64,000 bases of DNA, taken from a virus. A program made the position numbers and the translations under genes. Numbering within the stretch: the first letter of the stretch is position 1; the number at the start of each line of letters is the position of its first letter. This document shows, one piece after another, positions 45,939 through 54,618 of this stretch. The stretch spans positions 1-64,000 of the IMG/VR virus record IMGVR_UViG_3300023174_000118; one strand, written 5' to 3'. The notes under the pieces were generated by a model, which was given only the letters and a program-made list of their open reading frames with translations, was not told the DNA's origin and ran no database searches.

Positions 45939-46346
45939 TTAAGCGTAGTACTCCTGAACTTCCTTTGGAGTTGCTAAGCGAAAACCCTCCTCCTTGTCAA
46001 AAATTTCTTGAGCATCATCTGCTGTCATTGCAACAAAAGGATGCTCTTTTGTAAACGTAAATCCAAGAATATCATATCTATAATTCTCTCTAGTCATTCT
46101 GACTAGCATTGTGTTTTCTGGTTGAGAATCAAGATTAAATCTTGGAAGAATTTCTTCAGCGTCTTCGCTAAATTCATCTGCCGCCTTTTCAATATCTTTA
46201 ATAGTCTTTTGATAAACAGACCAAGTTACTCCCTCTTCGGCAAGAGCGGCAACAATATCGGCCTTATTCTTTAGTCCATCAGTGTCAACTGCAAAGTCCT
46301 CTGCAACTTTTCTGAGTTCTGCTACTTTCAATGTCTCAAATGACAT
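45939..46346 (-). CDS. protein with Rho-N/SAP-like N-terminal domain
   Basis: LKVAELRKVAEDF...KNKADIVAAL; own TGCTATAAT promoter at 46372-46380. Confidence 0.65.
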   Translation of the reverse strand: MSFETLKVAELRKVAEDFAVDTDGLKNKADIVAALAEEGVTWSVYQKTIKDIEKAADEFSEDAEEILPRFNLDSQPENTMLVRMTRENYRYDILGFTFTKEHPFVAMTADDAQEIFDKEEGFRLATPKEVQEYYA

Positions 46347-46395
46347 ATATTCTCCTTTGTTAGGTTCTTCAATTATAGCATTGTTAAATTAAAAT

Positions 46396-46422
46396 GAAAA
46401 GCCCCCAAAATTAATTGGGGGC
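46396..46422 (-). terminator. intrinsic terminator after the major capsid gene
   Basis: GCCCCCAA-UUAAUU-UUGGGGGC-UUUUC. Confidence 0.75.
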
Positions 46423-46447
46423 CTCTCTGGGGCTAATTCTTAATTAA

Positions 46448-47497
46448 TTAAGAAGCAACCTTAACGTTCTTTACGACAACCCAAGCATCTGCTTGTTCGA
46501 TCTGGACGCCAACACGAGTATACATTGTGTACTCGATTGAGTCCTTACGTGGCCAGAAGAAACGGTAAACAGTTACATCACGCTTGATTCCAATAACAAC
46601 GTTATTTGGGAATGACAAGTGGATATCTCCGTGTGAACCTGAAGCTCCTGAGTGTGTTCCAGTCTGTGTCTCGTTAAGAAGTGGTACTTCAACAATTGGA
46701 ATACCAAATGCGAATGGTGCCACATATCCTGCTGGGCCACCTACTGGTGCTGTTCCTCCACGGATAATGCTTGAAGCGATGTCCTGTGGAATTGTCTGAT
46801 TTGTTCCAATGCTGTTAGCATATAGGAAGTCCTGAATCAAGTTTGATCCAGCAAGGAAGCGAAGGTCTGCACGACGTTGCTTGTACTTACGTGGCATAGC
46901 CTTAAGTGCCTTGTTGAATACTTCACGAGAAACTCCAGCGCCAGCTGCGTCTACGACACGACCTGATGCCTTTGCCTTCTTTACAACGCCATCAAATGAC
47001 TTGTAAAGAGCGTCTGAAGAAAGTGATGTGTCACCGTTAAGAATAACATCTTCGATGTCATTTCCTGCTTGTGTTGCCATCAAACGTGCAATATGATCTT
47101 CTAGATCTGCACCTTCGATGTTATCTTCTAGAGACTCTGTTGAAAGCTCCCAATCCATGCGGAGTTTCTTTGTTGTTAAAGAAATTTTTGAGAAAGTTAC
47201 GGCACTGTTAGCACCATCGTTATCTCCTTCGGTTGCAAGCTTCATAAGCTTCTCACCAACGGACATACGGTCGATCTCGGCTGTGTCTGACTTCATACGA
47301 ACTGTACGTGCAACTTTACCGATTACGGTTGCGTCGAACATATAGTCAAGGAAGCGAGCAGATTGTTCTGGGTTTAGAAGACCACCATTGCCATTTTCAG
47401 ACGCTGTGTGTACTCCTGAACCACCAGTTGTTGAAGCAAAAGTACCACGAGCTGTTGTGCCTGTAGCAATTGCTTTTTCTAATGTTTCATTACTCAT
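46448..47497 (-). CDS. major capsid protein (HK97 fold)
   Basis: GGLLNPEQ, ELSTESLEDNIEG, ILNGD and FGIPIVEVP motifs; follows protease; codon usage of a highly expressed gene. Confidence 0.92.
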   Translation of the reverse strand: MSNETLEKAIATGTTARGTFASTTGGSGVHTASENGNGGLLNPEQSARFLDYMFDATVIGKVARTVRMKSDTAEIDRMSVGEKLMKLATEGDNDGANSAVTFSKISLTTKKLRMDWELSTESLEDNIEGADLEDHIARLMATQAGNDIEDVILNGDTSLSSDALYKSFDGVVKKAKASGRVVDAAGAGVSREVFNKALKAMPRKYKQRRADLRFLAGSNLIQDFLYANSIGTNQTIPQDIASSIIRGGTAPVGGPAGYVAPFAFGIPIVEVPLLNETQTGTHSGASGSHGDIHLSFPNNVVIGIKRDVTVYRFFWPRKDSIEYTMYTRVGVQIEQADAWVVVKNVKVAS

Positions 47498-47513
47498 TTA
47501 TTTTTCACCTACC

Positions 47514-48851
47514 TTAGTTAAATATTTCGTTCACGGAACCGAGGAAAGAACCGTTCCATTTAGATTTTTTGATTGTTACCTCTTCTGATCGGCCAAGATC
47601 TGAAGACTTCTTAATTGCAGTCTCTGATTCTACTGCATCGACACGCTTTTGTACACCATCAATCGTGCTCTTGATATCATTTACAGCACTTGAAAGCACT
47701 GTGTGTTGTTCTGCCAACTCTGAAATTCTAGCATCTACGCTCTTGCTGAAAGATTCAACAGTCTCTTGGATTGTTGTTACCTGTGCTGCATTTGCTTCTG
47801 ATGCCTTGTTTAGAGTTTCTGAGAAAAAGCCTTTTAGATCGCCTAACATCTTCGCAAAATCAGGTTCATCAACCTTATCTTCTGATACTTCGGCTGCTTT
47901 TTCCAGAGTTTCGGCAGGAACGTCTTCTGCTACTGCATCTTCTGCAGGCGCCTCAGCTGGAGCTGCATCTTCTGCAACAACTGCTGTCTCTTCAACGGCT
48001 ACTTCAACTGCTGCATCTACTGCAACGTCTTCAGCAACTACGTTTTCTGTGTTATCTGACATTTCATTACCTCCTTCTGCGTTTGCCTGTTTTGCAATTT
48101 TTTGTGTATCAGGCAACGTAAATCTTGAATGCTTGTACGCATCAAGAATCTTATCAATCTCTTTTGCTTTGTTAACATCTGAACTCTCAACCCAACCAAT
48201 TAGTTGTGCTGGCTTACCAGATACTGGTGAGTCATATGTTTTCTCTGTTGAGATAAAAACAGAGTTACTGTCTTCACAGTAAAAAATATTTTCGGTTACA
48301 ACATCTACTGCTATACCCTTTGCAATGTATTGTCCATTTACTTTCTGAATAGAAAGAATGTTACAAAGCTCATTTGCTGGAGAGTCTACAATTGATAGTT
48401 CCATCAATTCATAGTCTTTAATAAATCTTACAGTTTTACCCGTAGCCTTATTAACTTCATTATCTGACTCTTTAATCTTTCCGCCGATTGAGAATCCTGA
48501 AAGAGTTCCATCTAGAACTTTTTCCCAACTGTCCTGTGCGCCTTTTGAAATGTATGCTGTGACATAAACTCCGTTATAAAATTCTTTAGTTGCTGGGTCA
48601 TAGAAAGTTTCTGGCTTAAAAGAAACCATTTTTCCAACTGCAAGAGATCCGTGCATTTCACGAATGTTTCCACGGAAACTTTCAAATGCTTTTACGCTTG
48701 CTTCTGATGTTACAACATCGCCTGTTTGATCAACATTGTCTAGTGTTGCAAAACCAGAGACAGTTCTTTTTTCACGGTTAACTTTAGTGAAAGGAACAGA
48801 CAAGTTAATGTCGTTGCCATGGCTAGTCCATAAAGACTTTTCAATATTCAT
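47514..48851 (-). CDS. prohead protease fused to an acidic scaffold region
   Basis: VSGFAT..DQTGD, REMH, GFSIGG and ELSIVDSPAN HK97-type protease motifs; Ala/Glu-rich coiled-coil C-terminus. Confidence 0.9.
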   Translation of the reverse strand: MNIEKSLWTSHGNDINLSVPFTKVNREKRTVSGFATLDNVDQTGDVVTSEASVKAFESFRGNIREMHGSLAVGKMVSFKPETFYDPATKEFYNGVYVTAYISKGAQDSWEKVLDGTLSGFSIGGKIKESDNEVNKATGKTVRFIKDYELMELSIVDSPANELCNILSIQKVNGQYIAKGIAVDVVTENIFYCEDSNSVFISTEKTYDSPVSGKPAQLIGWVESSDVNKAKEIDKILDAYKHSRFTLPDTQKIAKQANAEGGNEMSDNTENVVAEDVAVDAAVEVAVEETAVVAEDAAPAEAPAEDAVAEDVPAETLEKAAEVSEDKVDEPDFAKMLGDLKGFFSETLNKASEANAAQVTTIQETVESFSKSVDARISELAEQHTVLSSAVNDIKSTIDGVQKRVDAVESETAIKKSSDLGRSEEVTIKKSKWNGSFLGSVNEIFN

Positions 48852-48858
48852 ATGCTTA

Positions 48859-48887
48859 ATTTTATCTACTTATAGATAAAAAGGCAA
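48859..48887 (-). promoter_or_regulatory. promoter TTGCCT-17-TAAAAT with an overlapping inverted repeat; probably leaderless
   Basis: TTGCCT ttttatctataagtaga TAAAAT taagcat ATG. Confidence 0.55.
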
Positions 48888-48904
48888 ATAACAGTTGAGT
48901 AGAG

Positions 48905-50488
48905 TTAGTCAACCTGTCTGCCATCGCCCTTAGCATTTCTTCCCTCTCCAGAAATATCTGGGGTGGTTGCTTGGCGATTTTGGGATCTTTGTCTGGTATT
49001 TCCAGCCACGGCTGTCTGCTCGGCCTTTGCTGGACCCTTAAGTTCAATAACATTATCTCCGCCATCTAGCGGGATCATGCCTTTTCTAATTCTAACTTCA
49101 TTAGGGGTAATTACCTGCATTCTTAAATATCTTTCGTCAATTTTAGACTGAGTATCTTCATCAGTTAAAGTTAATTCATTAAATTTAAGTACTAGGGCAT
49201 CTGTCTTTTCCTCAAATATTTTATTTACTTTTTTCTCTAAAATCATTTGGGCTGGACGACAAACCTGCTCTTTAAATGTTTTATCAGCATCTCTTGCTAC
49301 CGCTAAATTGACTCCTTCTGGAGTTCCAATTTTATTAATTGGGACACGGTGGGCCAATAGAATTTCATCTCTATTTGATTTACGATAAATATTAAATGAT
49401 GATTCCTGTGGATTTGCTTCCACTGGCTCCATTTTAAATTCTGTCTTTGAGTCGGGGGTATCTCCTGGAAGTGGTATATATAGGGATCTATGATTCTTTC
49501 CCTTTAATCCGACCTGGAAAAACTCAAGCAATTTTCTCTCTGACTCTGGAGAAAGCTTTGCTCCCTTTACTGTAATAATATATCTTGGGACCGCTTTGTT
49601 TTCAAAATAATCTAGGTTGTATCTGCCAGATAATTCATTACCTGCAAGGGCTACCTGTGCGGCAATAATGTCTGGGATTCCGTAGTAGTTATTCATGGGG
49701 GTATATTTCTTCAAATGAATAATTTCATTTGGACGATCTTCTTGTCCAGCGATTGGATTTTCTGTTTCTGTATCTCCAAAGTTATTGAAGAATACTGCCT
49801 TGCCATATAGCAATTGAATAAATCCATCTCTTAGTCTACGCACACGCATTGTCTTTGCTGGGATATGACCAATATATCCAATGTTTCCGCCAGTGGTTCT
49901 TCCTATTTCAATATAGCCATTTCCTGTTGCTTCTAAATCTGTATAAGTCTTTATTAAAGTTTGAGTAAATGTATCTTCTTCATTTGTTGTATCAAGCCAT
50001 GCGTGAATATCTTGGCGTAACTTACTTATTTTTCTACGTGCTCTTTCAAGAGACTTATCATCTGTAAGTCCATCGAGGGCATCATTTGTTTTCTTTGTTT
50101 CTACAAAATCATATCCTAGGCCAACTATGTTGGCAACCTTTGCATTAATTGCTGCGTAGTTATATGTTGATGTTTCATACACTACCGAAAGGTATTCAAG
50201 GTTATATGTTGGCTCTACCAAATCGAACATAGCATATCCTGTAATAGCTTGTGCTAATAGGTTTTGCTGTGTTCCCGTTCCTTCTACGCCAGTAAACGAT
50301 TTAGAAAATTCTCTGCTTATTTTTCTCTTAAATGAAGAACCCAGTCCTCTAACTTTTTTTAATTCATCTATTCCTGCAGCAAATGGGTCATTGCTTACTT
50401 GATCCTTTTTTAAGGAGAACCAGTCTGCTGTGTTTGAAATATCAATTATATTTTCAGAACTTTCATCATCAATAAATTCTACGGTCAT
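48905..50488 (-). CDS. portal protein
   Basis: GNGYIEI, HIPAKTMR, EIIHLK...YYGIPD and ITPNEVR motifs. Confidence 0.93.
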   Translation of the reverse strand: MTVEFIDDESSENIIDISNTADWFSLKKDQVSNDPFAAGIDELKKVRGLGSSFKRKISREFSKSFTGVEGTGTQQNLLAQAITGYAMFDLVEPTYNLEYLSVVYETSTYNYAAINAKVANIVGLGYDFVETKKTNDALDGLTDDKSLERARRKISKLRQDIHAWLDTTNEEDTFTQTLIKTYTDLEATGNGYIEIGRTTGGNIGYIGHIPAKTMRVRRLRDGFIQLLYGKAVFFNNFGDTETENPIAGQEDRPNEIIHLKKYTPMNNYYGIPDIIAAQVALAGNELSGRYNLDYFENKAVPRYIITVKGAKLSPESERKLLEFFQVGLKGKNHRSLYIPLPGDTPDSKTEFKMEPVEANPQESSFNIYRKSNRDEILLAHRVPINKIGTPEGVNLAVARDADKTFKEQVCRPAQMILEKKVNKIFEEKTDALVLKFNELTLTDEDTQSKIDERYLRMQVITPNEVRIRKGMIPLDGGDNVIELKGPAKAEQTAVAGNTRQRSQNRQATTPDISGEGRNAKGDGRQVD

Positions 50489-50826
50489 CTCATACCTTTC
50501 AACTTTTTCATCTCGTCTTTATAGTTTCCAATATCTAATGGATCTGGAACTAATCCCCAGTCAAGTCTTTGTTTTTGGTGTTGGAATTCCTCATCGTCAA
50601 TCTTCCTTCTTCCAGAAAGAAATTTAGGCCCGCCTTCATATATACCGAATGAGCGAACTTCTCTAGCCAAAGCATCGATCTTGGATCTATTTCCTTTTTT
50701 GGCCGTGATTGAAAGAAAGTTGCCATCATCGTCCCCAATCCATCTACCGTCAGGCATTTGCCAAACATATATTCCGAGAGTTGTTTCTTCTTCAAGAATC
50801 TTGGTATTTATACGATTAATATCCAT
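50485..50826 (-). CDS. hypothetical protein upstream of portal
   Basis: 113-aa ORF with ATGA overlap; TGGTAAAAT promoter upstream. Confidence 0.75.
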   Translation of the reverse strand: MDINRINTKILEEETTLGIYVWQMPDGRWIGDDDGNFLSITAKKGNRSKIDALAREVRSFGIYEGGPKFLSGRRKIDDEEFQHQKQRLDWGLVPDPLDIGNYKDEMKKLKGMR

Positions 50827-50889
50827 AGTGATTTATTTTACCATTATTTCTTACTCAAGTCCAGCTTTTTGTCACAAGATTGGACAATT

Positions 50890-52740
50890 TTATATACTTT
50901 GCAACACAATCCAGTCATTGTTATATGATTCAATTCCTTTTTCTGTCATAGTAATTGCCAAATCTTGTACTGAAATAGCAGGTCTTCCGACATATAAATC
51001 ATAATGAGTGGCAGCAATAGTGGATGTCAATTCCTTTGCATATATAGCAATATTGTTATATAGACAGGATGGGCCTCCTGAAACTAAATAATTAAATTTT
51101 AATATGCCTGAAGCAGGTTGTGTTAAAACTATTATAATATGATGAAGTTGATTTACCGAGAATACGCCTGATATATTTGTCTGACTTGTTTTGTCTATTC
51201 CGTTTACGTATATCTTTAATATATTGGTCTTTGTTATGGTCCCATCGTTTGTCCAAGAGTACCTAGAAGCTGCGTACGAGCCCGTAGAGACGGTATCTAA
51301 CAAGGTGTTAGCAGTAAGTGCAGAAGGTGTTAAAAACATCTCTAATGACTTTACAGAGCCTGTAGTGGTCAAATTAAAGCCTGCTCCCGCCTTGGTTCTT
51401 ATTCCATTGTCATAATGCCTAGAAAGAAGAGGGTAATTTAATGATCCAAGGTAATACTCAGTTGAAGATGAAATTATGTCTCCATAATTATCTGCATAAA
51501 CATCTTTGTTGGTATAAAAACTAACTGCAAAATATGCCAGTCTTGGCAAAAATTTGCTAGCATCTGTAGTAGCCATAGTTATTTTAATATGAACCACACC
51601 CGTGCTGCTAAATGAATCTTTTGTATATTGAGCTAATGGCTGTCCATTTGAACAATTTTGCCAGTTTGTTCCATCTACACTTGATTCAACTGTAATACCC
51701 AGATCATTTCTCCATTCAACCTTTGAGCTTACAAATGGAATTTGGCTAGGTATTAAAAATGAATCTTGTAATATAAATGTTTTTGACTGTACTGATTCTG
51801 TTTTATAAAAAGATATATATCCTGCAGACTCATTGTAGTAGGTATTACTATCAATAAATTCCGACCAATTTCTATTTACTGGATAAGAATATTGAAACTG
51901 TGCTCTTATAGAGGCATCTGTGCAAGAAAAAAGAATTCCCTCATCGGGGGCAACAACTTGAATGGCTGGAGCAGAAAAATTACCATCTGCATAATGTCTT
52001 TGAATAGAGGCATTAGAAAGGGAATGTCTATAAATTGCTGGTCCATCAATTATAAAAGAATCTCCAGAAGAAGCGGTTGGCCCAACAGAAATAGATAATG
52101 TTGTATTTGTAAATTTAAATCCGTCGACTAAAGATTTATTTGCTACCAATCTTCCATCGACATATAAAGAAATTGAATATACGGAGTATACTCCTACTAG
52201 GTGTAGTGCTCTTTTAGAGTATGTTACTGGATACCTAATTGATTCTGTAGCAGATGCCTTAAAAACAACATCTCCATTTTCCCAGTACAGTCCTATATTA
52301 TTTGCACTATCTGACATAATTGGAGTTTGAGATGTTGAAACAATTGAAGGGTATATCCAACATTCTATGGTAAAGTCATTATCAGATGAATATTTAGTTC
52401 CCATACCTTGGGTTGTTGAAATTCCGTAATAGTTTTTATTTATAGGAAGAGTAATTGATGAGCTGCTATTTATTGTTGTTCCAAAAACTCCGCCCGAAAC
52501 TAGGGGTAGGGCATCTGTATATATATCTCCAACATATGTTCCATCGTTTCCGCACCCAGAAACATCATAAACTACAGTGTCTATAACATTTAAATATGTT
52601 AAAAAATCATTTTCAAATGCTTGATATGTTGCATAATTATCTTTAACGTCTTGATATGTTTTTATCGTTGCATTATGTATTTCCGTTAATGGATAATATG
52701 CAATAGGATGATCTTTTAATACTTTTAATTTATATGACAT
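50890..52740 (-). CDS. LamG/concanavalin A-like domain virion protein
   Basis: PIAYYPL, FTIECWI and HLVGVY...LYVDG motifs; GGAGGT SD. Confidence 0.75.
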   Translation of the reverse strand: MSYKLKVLKDHPIAYYPLTEIHNATIKTYQDVKDNYATYQAFENDFLTYLNVIDTVVYDVSGCGNDGTYVGDIYTDALPLVSGGVFGTTINSSSSITLPINKNYYGISTTQGMGTKYSSDNDFTIECWIYPSIVSTSQTPIMSDSANNIGLYWENGDVVFKASATESIRYPVTYSKRALHLVGVYSVYSISLYVDGRLVANKSLVDGFKFTNTTLSISVGPTASSGDSFIIDGPAIYRHSLSNASIQRHYADGNFSAPAIQVVAPDEGILFSCTDASIRAQFQYSYPVNRNWSEFIDSNTYYNESAGYISFYKTESVQSKTFILQDSFLIPSQIPFVSSKVEWRNDLGITVESSVDGTNWQNCSNGQPLAQYTKDSFSSTGVVHIKITMATTDASKFLPRLAYFAVSFYTNKDVYADNYGDIISSSTEYYLGSLNYPLLSRHYDNGIRTKAGAGFNLTTTGSVKSLEMFLTPSALTANTLLDTVSTGSYAASRYSWTNDGTITKTNILKIYVNGIDKTSQTNISGVFSVNQLHHIIIVLTQPASGILKFNYLVSGGPSCLYNNIAIYAKELTSTIAATHYDLYVGRPAISVQDLAITMTEKGIESYNNDWIVLQSI

Positions 52741-52848
52741 TTTTTATACCTCCCTTCTTTTTGTTAATAAGTACAGCAAAAGTACCTACGAATGAGTTAT
52801 CATTTTAGGCACTATTGTTTATAAAACATTTAGATATTCTATTTATAT

Positions 52849-53148
52849 TTACAAAGATTGTAAAACAGTAAGAATAGCTTTTGCTTTATTCATTTCTACA
52901 GTTTCAGTACGAATTGCTGCATAGCATTGATCTGCATACCATAATTGTGATAGAAGCTCTACATCTTCCATATCATGAACTGTTGCAATTGTTGCATGCT
53001 TATCAGTTGCTCCACGATATTCAAGAAGGCGTGTAGGCCATTCTTGTGGAAGTGTTGCAAGGATTGCTGTATACATGGCAATGTTTGCCTCATATTGTGC
53101 AACTTCTGCTTCTCTTGCCTGTAGTGGTGTCATTGGTGTATCTGTCAT
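52849..53148 (-). CDS. hypothetical protein
   Basis: 99-aa ORF with AGGAG SD. Confidence 0.75.
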   Translation of the reverse strand: MTDTPMTPLQAREAEVAQYEANIAMYTAILATLPQEWPTRLLEYRGATDKHATIATVHDMEDVELLSQLWYADQCYAAIRTETVEMNKAKAILTVLQSL

Positions 53149-53170
53149 TTTATTTCTCCTTTTCTATTTT

Positions 53171-54280
53171 TTAATTAAAATTGATTCCGCCAGTAAAGCT
53201 TCCTGTTGCAAGTAATGATGATGGATTATTATATTTTGTTCCAAATCCAGTTGTTTCTGAAAAACTATAAGCATGAACATATGGGGAATCAGTTGCAAGC
53301 ATTGCCAATGCTTGTGCATTATAACTAAAAGCAATGGTATTATAATACGGTGGCGCTGTCGGCAAAGTGGCAGGATTGCTGAATTTTGAACCAAACCCGC
53401 CTGCAATTGTAAATTGATAGGCGTTTATAAATGGACTATTTTGGTTTACAAAAGCTACAGTGTTTCCAGTTGAAGAAAAAGCTACTGAATACGCATATGG
53501 GTCTCCTGATGGTTGTGCATATTTTGTTCCAAATCCGCTTGATCTTGACCATGCATATGCATAACAACCAGATATGCCCTGAGTTGTTACGGCATCTCCA
53601 GAAGGGTGCACTTCGGGATTACCATATCCTCCATATGTAGGAGTTGTTGTTGGATTTGCGTACTTTGTACCAAATGATTGATTTGATATTGAAAATTGAT
53701 AGGCATGTAAAAATGGAGTTGTAGATGAATTTAAAAATAATGTTTCATTAAAATATTTAACTCCTGTTGCCGCACTTGACAATATTGTTGCTGGATCTGA
53801 AATTTTAGTTCCGTATCCCGCATATCCAAATTGATATGCTGAAACATACGGACTTCCAGAATGCGCTATAAAAATAAGAGAATCATCAATTTGTAAATCA
53901 ACACCATTTCCATCGGATCCTGCTGGTAAAGTTAATGGATTAGAATAAGCGGTTCCAAATCCTGTTGAATTATTAAACGCATATGTTCTAAATAATGCGC
54001 CGCCGCCGTATGCTATAGATAGATATCCTTTACCACGACTCCATGAAGCGTCACGAACATAACTAGGTGGCAATGATGCTGAATCTGCATATTTGCTATT
54101 AAAACCAGTAGTGGTTCCATTAAACCAATTTTGTACCTGCATATATGGGCTAGCATAAACTGGAAGGAACACAGCATCAGAATTAGTTGTAGGTAAGTAT
54201 GGTATATTGCCAGCCAACATATTTGCATATCTACTTAAAGAAGACATGCCACCTATTGTTCTAAGTTTTTTTATAAACAT
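53171..54280 (-). CDS. seven-repeat beta-propeller protein (receptor-binding candidate)
   Basis: Seven repeats of about 45 aa ending GFGTKY.NP..LP. Confidence 0.75.
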   Translation of the reverse strand: MFIKKLRTIGGMSSLSRYANMLAGNIPYLPTTNSDAVFLPVYASPYMQVQNWFNGTTTGFNSKYADSASLPPSYVRDASWSRGKGYLSIAYGGGALFRTYAFNNSTGFGTAYSNPLTLPAGSDGNGVDLQIDDSLIFIAHSGSPYVSAYQFGYAGYGTKISDPATILSSAATGVKYFNETLFLNSSTTPFLHAYQFSISNQSFGTKYANPTTTPTYGGYGNPEVHPSGDAVTTQGISGCYAYAWSRSSGFGTKYAQPSGDPYAYSVAFSSTGNTVAFVNQNSPFINAYQFTIAGGFGSKFSNPATLPTAPPYYNTIAFSYNAQALAMLATDSPYVHAYSFSETTGFGTKYNNPSSLLATGSFTGGINFN

Positions 54281-54585
54281 TATGCTATTTCAACTCCTGA
54301 AATATGAATATTAACAGATGTTGCTGAGGCTCCACCTGCAATAATTTTTGTTGCTCCCAATACCTGCTTCATATCAATTACAATTGAATCTGTTGCTGAT
54401 ATAGCTACTGCTGCCGCAATGCTTACTCCATCAAGTGATAAAGAATAAGTCTGAAGAGAGGCAGAAGTATTTGTAATTACAATATTTGTAATTACTGCTG
54501 TTGTTGCAGCGGGAACTGTGTAAAGAGTAGTAGCAGTATTAGTTGTTGCAGCACCTCTATATAACGCTTTAACTGTTGTTGCCAT
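54280..54585 (-). CDS. small beta-sandwich virion protein
   Basis: TTLYTVPAATTAVI...NIHISGVEIA; own promoter TGCTATACT at 54608-54616. Confidence 0.7.
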   Translation of the reverse strand: MATTVKALYRGAATTNTATTLYTVPAATTAVITNIVITNTSASLQTYSLSLDGVSIAAAVAISATDSIVIDMKQVLGATKIIAGGASATSVNIHISGVEIA

Positions 54586-54618
54586 TATTTAACCCTCCTA
54601 TCTTTATAGTATAGCATA

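Noticed and set aside
48862-49065. Alternative-frame minus-strand ORFs overlapping core genes (also 7055-7249, 13743-14045, 15998-16264)
   Set aside because: Nested in conserved genes, no motifs; likely chance
52741-52848. Intergenic hairpin GUGCCUA...UAGGUAC followed by UUUU as an ncRNA
   Set aside because: Adequately explained as a weak terminator; no further structure
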